Source: Pseudomonadota bacterium (lineage in GTDB: Bacteria > Bdellovibrionota > FAC87 > UBA2466). Taken from it: a stretch of DNA of 10,735 bases. Position numbers and translations under genes: made by a program. Each line of letters starts with the position of its first letter. Position 1 is the first letter of the stretch. The DNA is taken from positions 1 through 10,735 of the forward strand of contig JAYSWN010000106.1 of assembly GCA_043718025.1 (NCBI GenBank), read 5' to 3'. Shown here one piece after another: positions 1-7,260 of the stretch. The notes beneath the pieces are model-generated. The model did no database searches. It saw nothing but the letters and a program-made list of their open reading frames with translations, and had not been told where the DNA came from.

Positions 1-1
1 C

Positions 2-1501
2 AATGTCGGCACTCGCATCAAAAACAAATTTAGGCGTCGCAGAAACGGTGGCGGCGGCCAAAATGGAAGAGTTGGTTGTCGCGCGAGACTGACTACTCAA
101 CACGGCTGCCGGCGACACGGTAACTTTTGGCTGAGTAGCCACGAGCTCGGGCTCGGGGGCCGGGGTTGTGGCAAAATCTTTTTCTGAAAGGTCGGCAAAC
201 TTGGCCGGGGCAACTAATTGCGGCCCGTCTTCTTCGGTCTCTTTTTCATTCCGGCGATAGTTTCGACCAGACGAGGCCGCCACCAGCTCGGGCTCCGGAG
301 TCACTTCCATGGGCTCAGGTTCTCTGCGCTCAGAAGTAGGTAGCTCTTCGGGTTCGTTCGCTCTAAGCGCCGCCATCTGGGTCAACGCGTCGGCGTGAGT
401 TTCCGCGGCAACGCTCTGAGCCGTTTCTTCGGGTAGGGCGCTCTTCTCTAAATAGGTGTCGGTCACCGCTTCTAAATTTTTTGAGTCCGTGGGTTGCAGG
501 GAGTTCAATTTCCCCAAGGCTTTTCGTTGTTCAGCGTTCTCTTCTTTTAATGCGGCGCCAAATTCTTTTTTAGCGGCGCGCCATTGGCCGCTCAGATCGG
601 CGAGACGTAGGTCGTAAGACGAGAAGTCGGTTACCTGAAGCTCGCCCTCTTTCTGAACGTTGGTTAGCTCCGGCGAAAGCGCTTCTTTAGTTGCGGCGTT
701 AAGCTCTTCGGCATTGGAAAAATTGGTTTCAAGGCTAACCGACAAAAGGCCGGCGGCGGCGGCTTGAGCGGTGGTCTCGGTAAAGGAGATTGAGTTAATC
801 GCCTCAAGCTCATTGTGGTCTTCAGAGAGTAGCGAATCGATCAGATGATCCTCGGCCGCAGTAGTTTCAGCGACGATCGGGGTGGCCACTTCGGCGAAAA
901 GGGCCTCCGTTATGAGAGGAGCGGTCAAGTTGGCCGTTTCATTTACTGAGGAGACCAATTCCACCGGGGGAATTGCCGGCGACGTCATCGGAGAATTGTT
1001 TACGGCGTCAGAAAGTTTGGGGGCGTCTTCCTTAGCCTCTTCTTCTTTCGCTACCACGACCGGGGTAATTTCTTTGGGGGGCTGACCATTAGGCGACTCA
1101 ATAGCGCTAGGCGACAAGAGTGCTAGATCCGCCTCAACGTCGATGACCCTTGGGGCCGGACTCTTTGTCGGAACGGCCAGTACCGCGGCCACTAAAGGCT
1201 CCGCTACTACTAAAGGAGAAACTTTTACTGCCGTGGCGGCCGCCCTTTTTTTACCGGCTTTTTTTATAACGCGCGTAATTTTTTGTGACGCCGGCGGTGA
1301 CACTATAAGGGGTGCCGCCAGTAAGGGCGTGGGTGGAATCGGAGCAGGAACGATAATTTCGGGAGCGGAAACCACGGCGCGCAAAGTGACAGGCTTTTGA
1401 ATTCGAGAGACAATAGCGTGCGAAAGCAGCGCGCAGCAGACCACAGAGGTCTTTATTGCCGTGGGCCGAAGGGCCCGTTGAATGGACTTTAGTAGCGTCA
1501 C
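2..1501 (-). CDS. Large low-complexity (Pro/Glu/Ala/Thr-rich) hypothetical protein with a putative N-terminal signal or anchor; 3' end lies beyond the left edge
   Basis: Manual translation: the minus frame has no stop from 1615 down to 2. The GTG at 1501 gives MTLLKSIQRALRPTAIKTSVVCCALLSHAIVSRIQKPVTLRAVVSAPEIIVPAPIPPTP..., later ...PEPMEVTPEPELVAASS... and ...PAPEPELVATQPK.... It is absent from the ORF track because it has no stop in the window. Track ORFs 882..1085 and 1143..1400 are its antisense shadows. The start is uncertain (alternative ATG at 1603), but the promoter motifs at 1545-1578 favour 1501. Confidence 0.8.
   Translation of the reverse strand, partial: MTLLKSIQRALRPTAIKTSVVCCALLSHAIVSRIQKPVTLRAVVSAPEIIVPAPIPPTPLLAAPLIVSPPASQKITRVIKKAGKKRAAATAVKVSPLVVAEPLVAAVLAVPTKSPAPRVIDVEADLALLSPSAIESPNGQPPKEITPVVVAKEEEAKEDAPKLSDAVNNSPMTSPAIPPVELVSSVNETANLTAPLITEALFAEVATPIVAETTAAEDHLIDSLLSEDHNELEAINSISFTETTAQAAAAGLLSVSLETNFSNAEELNAATKEALSPELTNVQKEGELQVTDFSSYDLRLADLSGQWRAAKKEFGAALKEENAEQRKALGKLNSLQPTDSKNLEAVTDTYLEKSALPEETAQSVAAETHADALTQMAALRANEPEELPTSERREPEPMEVTPEPELVAASSGRNYRRNEKETEEDGPQLVAPAKFADLSEKDFATTPAPEPELVATQPKVTVSPAAVLSSQSRATTNSSILAAATVSATPKFVFDASADI
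138..298. repeat. Two ~20-bp intragenic direct repeats (138-157 and 279-298) encoding PEPELVA
   Basis: gccacgagctcgggctcggg vs gccaccagctcgggctccgg (18/20 identical), both in the same reading frame. Confidence 0.6.
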
Positions 1502-1544
1502 AGTTTGTTGTTGGGAAAAGTGGAAAGAGGAGAGACTTATCCTC

Positions 1545-1572
1545 AGTATACGGGTCGGAACAAAAGTGGCAA
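1545..1572 (-). promoter_or_regulatory. sigma70-like promoter for the large minus-strand ORF
   Basis: Minus strand TTGCCA (1572-1567), 16 nt, TATACT (1550-1545). Predicted TSS near 1538, upstream of GTG 1501. Confidence 0.5.
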
Positions 1573-1578
1573 GGCTTA
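1552..1578 (-). promoter_or_regulatory. sigma28 (FliA)-like promoter overlapping the sigma70-like promoter
   Basis: Minus strand (T)TAAG (1578-1575), 15 nt, TCCGACCC (1559-1552). The FliA consensus is TAAA-N15-GCCGATAA. The CCGA core and spacing match, but the 3' half of the -10 element is degenerate. Confidence 0.4.
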
Positions 1579-1622
1579 AGTGAAAACAAACACTTGAAAT
1601 CATTGGATATTCTGACTACTCA

Positions 1623-2696
1623 ATGGCCAACTGGATAAGCAAACACCCCGAAAACATTCCCGAGCGAATATCCATTTGGTTGCAAAAGTGGATAGCCGAG
1701 CAGAACACGTCTGTAACCGCAGGCGTTGAGTTGTTGGCGGGAGATGGCTCGCAACGAAAGTTTTTTCGCGTATCACTGGGTCCCCATTCCTACGTGGTGC
1801 TCGACGATAAGAGCTGGATTTCTAGCAAGGATTACGCACCACATCAAGAATTCCTACGATCGCGCGGCATCGCGGTGCCCCGCTTTATTTCTATAGACGA
1901 GACGCAGGGCATTGCTGTGCTGGAAGATTTAGGCGATGAGCTCTTGCAGTTTTCAATCAATGCGGTGGAAAAGGACCGCGCCAAGACCATGCACTGGCTA
2001 AAACAAGCGGTGGCGCTACTTGCCGATCTTCATGGACGAACGTTTCCGGTCCCCAAGACATTGCCCGTGGCGAGCCGTCACTTTGACGAAGAAAAATATT
2101 TTCAGGAAATGTCGTTCACGTGGGAGCACTTAGTTCGCGGATTCTTAAAAGTCGACTCGGCGCTTAATGAAAAGAAGATGCGCGAGTTCTGTTACGCCAT
2201 CGGTCAGCTTGGGCCCGGAGTGTTTTGTCACCGCGACTACCACACCCGCAATATTCTGGTTTTTCGAAACCAGCTTTTTCTTATTGATTTTCAGGACGCC
2301 AGGCTCGGTTCGCCGGCTTATGACTTAGCAAGTCTGATTTACGATGCTTACGTGGCGCTCTCGCCTAAGGAAAAATCCGAGCTTGAAAATCACTATAAAC
2401 AATCGATGACGGGCTACGCTTTGAACGACAAAATCGACTGGAAAACTTTTTCACAGGATTTGCAATTGGTAGCGCTGCAGCGAGTAGTGAAGGCCGCCGG
2501 CTCTTTCGCCGGATTTTTCACCCGTTTTCAAAAGCCGACTCATTTAATTTATCTGCTTCCCGCCCTTCGTTCGGCCCAAACCCTTATCGAAGCCTGTGAA
2601 AAGCATCACCCGGGCCTTTCTGCTCTCTTTCCGGTTGAGACTTGGATTTCAAAAAGTAAGACGCGTTTACAACAATTAGGAATCTCTTCGACATGA
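1623..2696 (+). CDS. amgK: APH/choline-kinase-fold phosphotransferase, probable anomeric MurNAc/GlcNAc kinase (AmgK-like)
   Basis: Motifs LAGDGSQRKFFR, CHRDYHTRNIL and LIDFQDARLGSPAYDLASLIYDAY are typical of AmgK. It lies directly upstream of a nucleotidyltransferase with an ATGA overlap. There is no clear SD, so the exact start is uncertain. Confidence 0.85.
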   Translation: MANWISKHPENIPERISIWLQKWIAEQNTSVTAGVELLAGDGSQRKFFRVSLGPHSYVVLDDKSWISSKDYAPHQEFLRSRGIAVPRFISIDETQGIAVLEDLGDELLQFSINAVEKDRAKTMHWLKQAVALLADLHGRTFPVPKTLPVASRHFDEEKYFQEMSFTWEHLVRGFLKVDSALNEKKMREFCYAIGQLGPGVFCHRDYHTRNILVFRNQLFLIDFQDARLGSPAYDLASLIYDAYVALSPKEKSELENHYKQSMTGYALNDKIDWKTFSQDLQLVALQRVVKAAGSFAGFFTRFQKPTHLIYLLPALRSAQTLIEACEKHHPGLSALFPVETWISKSKTRLQQLGISST

Positions 2697-3742
2697 GCGA
2701 CTTCAAAAAGGGAATGATTCTGGCGGCAGGCCTAGGCACCCGACTTTTACCCATCACCGAAAAAATGCCGAAACCCTTGGTGCCGGTTCTCAACATTCCA
2801 AATATTCTTTTTGGCCTAGATACACTTAAGCGGGCGGGAATAGATGAGGTAATTCTCAATCTGCACCACCTGCCCGAGTTACTCGAAAAGTACCTGGGCA
2901 ACGGAAAAAGCCTAGGAATGAAGATCAGTTATTCCCGCGAAAGACTTTTACTGGGCACCGGGGGCGGCCTAAAAAATGCCGAGAGTTTTTTTGGTAAAGA
3001 TTCGTTCGCCCTGGTGAACTGCGACTTTATTTCGGATGTGGAGCTGACTCCGTACCTAGCGCAACACAAAGCGCGGGGGGCTTGGGCCACCATGATTTTG
3101 CACGAAGATGAGGGGCTGCAGGCGATCTACGCAAAAGTTGGTTGCGACGCCAAGGCACACCTTACCTCACTACCACGGTGCGAGACCGCAGCGCCCGCTC
3201 GTACGGGCCTGTTCACCGGCATTCACCTACTTAGCCCCGAAATCTTCGGTTTTCTTGAAGCGGTGCCTTCGGGCATCAACGAGGTGCTCTACCCTAGGCT
3301 GATGAAAGAGTTTCCCGAAAAAGCCCTGGCCCTGTTCACCAAAAATAATTATTGGTACGACACTGGCGAACGGGCCTCCTTTTGGAAAAGCTGCATCGCC
3401 CTTTGCGATCGGCTTAGCGCTAGCGATGCCCTGCTGAAGAACATGATGCAAAACTGGATTGGCTATCACGAGGCAAGCCCCGGGGTGTGGTGCCCTAAAG
3501 GCGATAAGCTACCAACGAACATTGAGATTCAGGGAACGGTTATTTTGGGCAAGAGCTGCAAGATTGCGGCGGGCAGTGTGATTGGACCCTACGCTATTTT
3601 AGGGGATGACTGTCGGTTAGAAGAAAAGACCCACTTCTCGCGGGCGATGGCGATGCCCGGAAGCCTTATAAAAACAGAAAGGGTGGCCGACTGCTTGTGG
3701 CACGCCGGACTCACCCTTCCGATTTCACTTAGACTGCCTTAA
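2693..3742 (+). CDS. murU: Sugar-1-phosphate nucleotidyltransferase (MurU-like NDP-sugar synthase) with a C-terminal left-handed beta-helix-like extension
   Basis: MILAAGLGTRLLPITEKMPKPLVPV, LLGTGGGLKNA, LVNCD and YWYDTG are NTP-transferase motifs. There is a hexapeptide-like tail (IQGTVILGKSCKIAAGSVIGPYAILGDDCRL). The murU call rests on the 4-bp overlap with amgK. Confidence 0.7.
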   Translation: MSDFKKGMILAAGLGTRLLPITEKMPKPLVPVLNIPNILFGLDTLKRAGIDEVILNLHHLPELLEKYLGNGKSLGMKISYSRERLLLGTGGGLKNAESFFGKDSFALVNCDFISDVELTPYLAQHKARGAWATMILHEDEGLQAIYAKVGCDAKAHLTSLPRCETAAPARTGLFTGIHLLSPEIFGFLEAVPSGINEVLYPRLMKEFPEKALALFTKNNYWYDTGERASFWKSCIALCDRLSASDALLKNMMQNWIGYHEASPGVWCPKGDKLPTNIEIQGTVILGKSCKIAAGSVIGPYAILGDDCRLEEKTHFSRAMAMPGSLIKTERVADCLWHAGLTLPISLRLP

Positions 3743-3768
3743 GACGGTTAGGAACCCTTTAAGGAGTC
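3732..3768. terminator. Imperfect hairpin between convergent genes, possible bidirectional terminator or 3'-end stabiliser
   Basis: gact(3732-35)/agtc(3765-68), ccttaag(3737-43)/tttaagg(3758-64), ggtt(3746-49)/aacc(3753-56), loop agg. It overlaps the murU stop. There is no U-tract on either side. Confidence 0.4.
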
Positions 3769-3774
3769 ACGGCA

Positions 3775-5601
3775 CTAATAAGATAAATTGCTTCGCGAAG
3801 CCACCGACGAAGGCAACTGCCTTTGTGCGGTTACACGGCTGCTCGTTCCGCTCTTAAGGGCGGCGGCTCCCGTACGTCGCAATGCGGTTGGCAACTGTCG
3901 GTTTCCGCCATTGCGGCTGGTACGACGAGGGGCATTCATAAGACGAGAAGCATTCGTATTACCAGGCTGAGCCGCTCTCTGCTGTGCAGCCGCTAACTGA
4001 GCTTGCTGCAACTGCATCTGGCTGGCCCGAAGCATGTCCATAATTCCCGAGTTCTGCTGAACCGGAATCGGCGCATAAGCGCGACGGCGTTCATCCTGCC
4101 AAGGCGCACTCTGCTGCTGCTGAGGAATAACCTGAGGCCCAGCGTACTGCCCTTGCGGCGGCATAAACGGAATCGGCTGCGGTGGAGGCGGCTGTTCCGG
4201 CTCATTCGGAGGAACCGGAGGGGGCGCTTGATTACCGCGGCTTAAATCGGGCGAGATGTTAGGCGGCTGAATCGGCTGAGGGGGATTTTCCGTATTGGAT
4301 TTATCTCCCGCACGATTGCCTACGTTTTTCAATGCATCGGCCACATCCCGATTGTTATTTTGGTTCTCAAGCGCTTGCAAACGAGCCAAGTCTTGAAGCT
4401 GCTGTTGACCAGCACGCTGGATGTCTTGGGCACGACGATCAAGGTCAGCGGCTAGCTGAGCGCCCTGATTTCGTAAACCGTCGATAATTCCCTGTAAACC
4501 CTGGTCGAACACATTTGGGTTCTGCACCTGATTAGGCAGCTGAATCGGAGGCACGCCAGAAGTAGGCGTAGCCGTCGGAGTAGGCGTAGCCGTCGGAGTG
4601 GGCGTAGCCGTCGGAACGCTGCCGTTACCCGTAGGAGGAGCAGGATTCAATTTAGGCGCGTCAATCTTTTTGGCGAGAGCGTCAGCTTCTTCTTTCTTTT
4701 TCTTAGCTAGAGCATCGGCCTCTGCTTTTTTCTTCTTAGCTTCGGCTTCCGTTTTCTTCTCGGCATCGGTCTTTTCAGGCTTAGACGGCGCTGCGGGCTT
4801 ACACACTTTAACCGGCGGAATGGACCCGCTGCTATTGTCTTTCATGTGTTTAATCGCGGCATCCATGTCGGTGACTAACGATTCGTAAGGTTTAGTGGTC
4901 ACGCCCGCGGCGTCAGTCACAGACTCAGTTTTCGCTTTTTCAAAATCAAATTCTTTCTTCGCCGTATCGTACGTGCCTGGGCCGAAGAACACCTCGTAGG
5001 TTTTCTTAAGCTGAGCCAAAAACGCATCGTCGGATTTCTCGAACGATTTTAGTTCATCGCCGAACACGCTTTTCTTCTTCTTTTCGGCTAAGTAGTTTTC
5101 CATTTGGCTGATCATCGTTATCAGCCTCTTGCCATCCACGCCTTTGTTATCAACGATGGACAGGGTCAGTTCTTTCATGAATGCATCAAGGTGTTTTCCA
5201 AAAAGTTGGGCATTTACATCTTTAGGCGTTGCGATTTCGCAGCTCGCCATCAAAAGACGATAATCGGTAAACGTCGCTACCCATTTTTTTAAGCCGACTA
5301 CATCGGTTCGGGGAAGGGTCTTCGTAGCTTCTTTCTCACCCTTGTGGTTTACCAAATCTTTTAAGGTAAGGCCGCCAAGTTTAGGCGTGGCTAATGATGT
5401 CTCAAGGTCTTTATAGGCCTTCGCCTCATCTAAAATTTCTAGGGTCGGCCGTCCGGCCGCATTAGGATCAAGGGGCTTTCCATCCGGCCCGTGCGTGGCC
5501 GGCTTATCCGCTGGCGGCGTCGCTTCAGCTCGCGCCGAAGTCGCGCTCATCAGAGTGAGGGCAATAAATCCAATAGTAACAAGTAACGTTCGACGGTTCA
5601 T
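3775..5601 (-). CDS. Exported hypothetical protein (~608 aa): signal peptide, helical domain, K/A/E-rich linker, PT repeats, Q-rich coiled coil, P/Q-rich and R-rich tail
   Basis: Long ORF. ATG 5601 is preceded by a GCGGGG SD-like sequence (the track uses TTG 5607). The N-terminus MNRRTLLVTIGFIALTLMSATSARA|E has basic, hydrophobic and AxA regions. No recognisable catalytic motif. Confidence 0.85.
   Translation of the reverse strand: MNRRTLLVTIGFIALTLMSATSARAEATPPADKPATHGPDGKPLDPNAAGRPTLEILDEAKAYKDLETSLATPKLGGLTLKDLVNHKGEKEATKTLPRTDVVGLKKWVATFTDYRLLMASCEIATPKDVNAQLFGKHLDAFMKELTLSIVDNKGVDGKRLITMISQMENYLAEKKKKSVFGDELKSFEKSDDAFLAQLKKTYEVFFGPGTYDTAKKEFDFEKAKTESVTDAAGVTTKPYESLVTDMDAAIKHMKDNSSGSIPPVKVCKPAAPSKPEKTDAEKKTEAEAKKKKAEADALAKKKKEEADALAKKIDAPKLNPAPPTGNGSVPTATPTPTATPTPTATPTSGVPPIQLPNQVQNPNVFDQGLQGIIDGLRNQGAQLAADLDRRAQDIQRAGQQQLQDLARLQALENQNNNRDVADALKNVGNRAGDKSNTENPPQPIQPPNISPDLSRGNQAPPPVPPNEPEQPPPPQPIPFMPPQGQYAGPQVIPQQQQSAPWQDERRRAYAPIPVQQNSGIMDMLRASQMQLQQAQLAAAQQRAAQPGNTNASRLMNAPRRTSRNGGNRQLPTALRRTGAAALKSGTSSRVTAQRQLPSSVASRSNLSY
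4561..4614. repeat. Intragenic tandem repeat, 3 x 18 bp, encoding (PTATPT)3
   Basis: agtaggcgtagccgtcgg at 4561-4578 and 4579-4596, and agtgggcgtagccgtcgg at 4597-4614. Confidence 0.95.
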
Positions 5602-5997
5602 CTGCAACCCCGCTTATACGGTCAACTGAAGTCAACTCAACTTCATGTAACAAATTTTTGTTCATCACCTGACTAAGCCTTTGCCAACTTGGCTCGGCTA
5701 ATCAGTGAGAGCGCTACACGCTCTGGGATGTAGTTGTGCAAGCGGTGTTCCAATTGGCCTTTCGCGCTCAATCGAAGGGAGAAGGGGGCGTATTCCGTTT
5801 GGGAGCAATTCCCCGTTACGTCACCAGATTGCCAAAAAGTTAAACGCTGCCTTCTGAGTGCCCAGATACCATTGAGGTTTTTGCGTTTAGCAATTTCGGT
5901 AAGGGCGGTGTAGCGATTGCGGACAGTGCGATTTTGGTGGGGAAGAATACGCAAGAAAACTCAAGTATATCCGGCCTGAGAATATTCTTTTCGCCGT

Positions 5998-6024
5998 TAA
6001 GTAGTGCACGGGCAAAACCGATAG
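5998..6024 (+). promoter_or_regulatory. sigma28 (FliA)-like promoter
   Basis: (T)TAAG (5998-6001), exactly 15 nt, ACCGATAG (6017-6024). This closely matches TAAA-N15-GCCGATAA. Confidence 0.6.
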
Positions 6025-6086
6025 GGCTGCCTAGTTCTTGGATAGATAGAGGAGGATGGGATACCGTTCCAACGCACCTCTTTGGT

Positions 6087-6150
6087 TTCTCGTAGTGGCG
6101 GCGAAGAGACTATTTATCGATTTAGCTCCACTTCGCCTCCACTACGAGAA
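6087..6150. repeat. Long palindrome (20-bp arms, 1 mismatch, 24-nt spacer), GTAG-type REP-like element
   Basis: Left arm TTCTCGTAGTGGCGGCGAAG (6087-6106). Right arm CTTCGCCTCCACTACGAGAA (6131-6150), whose reverse complement is TTCTCGTAGTGGAGGCGAAG. GTAG/CTAC lie near the arm ends, as in RAYT-associated REPs. Confidence 0.8.
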
Positions 6151-6373
6151 TACAAGGGACCCACTCGGTTTAGGGTCGTTCAGGGTTAAGCTGATTTAAG
6201 TTGAGAGTATTCTTGGCCTTTAGGGTAAAATTCATTGAAAAAAACAGGCCCGGGGCCACCGTATTTACGCCACGCAAAAAAGGGTGTAAGTCATTGGCAT
6301 CTCCTATTTTGGCTCAACATCGAAGGTCAGACACCTTTAAGCCAAGCGGAAGCAGAGAAGGACAAGTAATCGT

Positions 6374-7258
6374 ATGGACCAAATCATTCCTGCCACTCCA
6401 CCAAAACGGGAAGGGTCGAGCTTTTTGTTGTCGGATAATCCAGCGTTGCAGGAGCTTTTTCTACGCCCGCAGCCCAACGATTCGGCCAAAGTGAACGAAC
6501 AAAAAATTCGCCGTCTTTATTTGCAGGCGAGTTCTCAACAATGGTTTGCTCCGCAAAAGATCAATTTTGAACCCACAATTGAGCTCGATGATGAAACTCG
6601 CCGGATTTGGATCCGTTTCATGACCATCTTCTACACGCTCGAAAAGATGGGGCTCAATGTCATCGCCAACATGATGAATAAGGCCAGCGCCAAGCTGAAG
6701 AGCGATGAGATTTCGTTTTATCTCTCGGCCCAATGTTTTGATGAGTCGCGCCACGTTTTTGTATTAGAAAACTACCTAAAGAAGCTCGGAGCTCCGCCTA
6801 AGTACGATTATAAATACCACGTGCTTGGCCAGGCTGCTTCAATGGGCTTTTACCGGGTTGAAAACTGGCTATTTTCGACTCTTTTCTCCGAGAACTTTGC
6901 GCATGCGTTCTTACGCCGCGCTAAGGCTACGCAAATTGATCCGATGGGGGCCGAAGTCTGCAAGTCACTTCAAGCTGACGAAAGCCGCCACCTGCACTTT
7001 TTGCATATTGTGCTACCTGACATCATGGACCAACTAAATTTGTTCGGCCGTAGTTACGTCAAAGGGGCGCAGTATTTCATCATGAAGTTTACTGAAGTGG
7101 TGTCGCGTTCGCTCGATGCCGATGCCAAATTTGTTGGGCTAGATCGCCGGGCCATGTTCGAAGAGGTTTTTGAAAATATTGAGCGCGCTTATGAGGGCTT
7201 TGGCGTAACGCGCAGTTTCTTACCCTTCCCCAAAATCAGCTCTATCAGCGTTAACTAA
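6374..7258 (+). CDS. Ferritin-like carboxylate-bridged dimetal protein (R2-like/diiron oxygenase superfamily)
   Basis: Ligand pattern E90, E124xxH127 (DESRH), E173, E203xxH206 (DESRH). The N-terminal RLYLQASSQQWFAPQKINF resembles the RLYxxA..QW...IDW/F lead-in of R2-like/AurF-like proteins. An AGAAGGA SD-like sequence lies upstream. Confidence 0.85.
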   Translation: MDQIIPATPPKREGSSFLLSDNPALQELFLRPQPNDSAKVNEQKIRRLYLQASSQQWFAPQKINFEPTIELDDETRRIWIRFMTIFYTLEKMGLNVIANMMNKASAKLKSDEISFYLSAQCFDESRHVFVLENYLKKLGAPPKYDYKYHVLGQAASMGFYRVENWLFSTLFSENFAHAFLRRAKATQIDPMGAEVCKSLQADESRHLHFLHIVLPDIMDQLNLFGRSYVKGAQYFIMKFTEVVSRSLDADAKFVGLDRRAMFEEVFENIERAYEGFGVTRSFLPFPKISSISVN

Positions 7259-7260
7259 TC

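Noticed and set aside
882..1589. Track ORFs 882..1085 (+), 1143..1400 (+) and 1251..1589 (-)
   Set aside because: They are antisense shadows or an alternate frame of the long minus-strand ORF 2..1501.
1502..1603. Upstream ATG at 1603 as the start of the long minus-strand ORF
   Set aside because: It would leave only 19 bp before the divergent amgK start and would place the promoter motifs inside the coding sequence.
1623..2696. Aminoglycoside resistance gene
   Set aside because: The fold is shared, but the GDGSxR, HRDYHxRN and DFQDA motifs and the nucleotidyltransferase partner indicate AmgK.
4561..4614. CRISPR array
   Set aside because: The repeats are adjacent with no spacers and in frame within a CDS, and there are no cas genes.
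5671..5690. sigma54 promoter (minus strand TTGGCAAAGGCTTAGT) and its similarity to 1564-1581
   Set aside because: The -12 GC is missing, and the similarity needs gaps and may be chance.
6005..6060. c-di-GMP-I riboswitch suggested by GCACGGGCAAAACC
   Set aside because: It lacks the GNRA-capped P2 and the GACGCAAAGC junction, and it overlaps the sigma28-like promoter spacer.
6162..6188. Minus-strand sigma28-like site TAAC-N15-ACCGAGTG
   Set aside because: Both elements are degenerate, too weak to call without TSS data.
5943..6214. Retron msr-msd (long hairpin with AAGAATAC/GTATTCTT flanking pairing)
   Set aside because: There is no reverse transcriptase in the window, and the flanking pairing is only 8 bp.
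5673..6494. Track ORFs 5673..5954 (-) and 6201..6494 (+)
   Set aside because: TTG starts, no clear SD and no recognisable motifs; the second overlaps the diiron gene out of frame.
6374..7258. Ribonucleotide reductase beta subunit, or the restriction endonuclease partner of the MTase
   Set aside because: It has no radical Tyr at His+4 and no adjacent R1 gene. I see no nuclease motif, and the pattern is a helical dimetal bundle.
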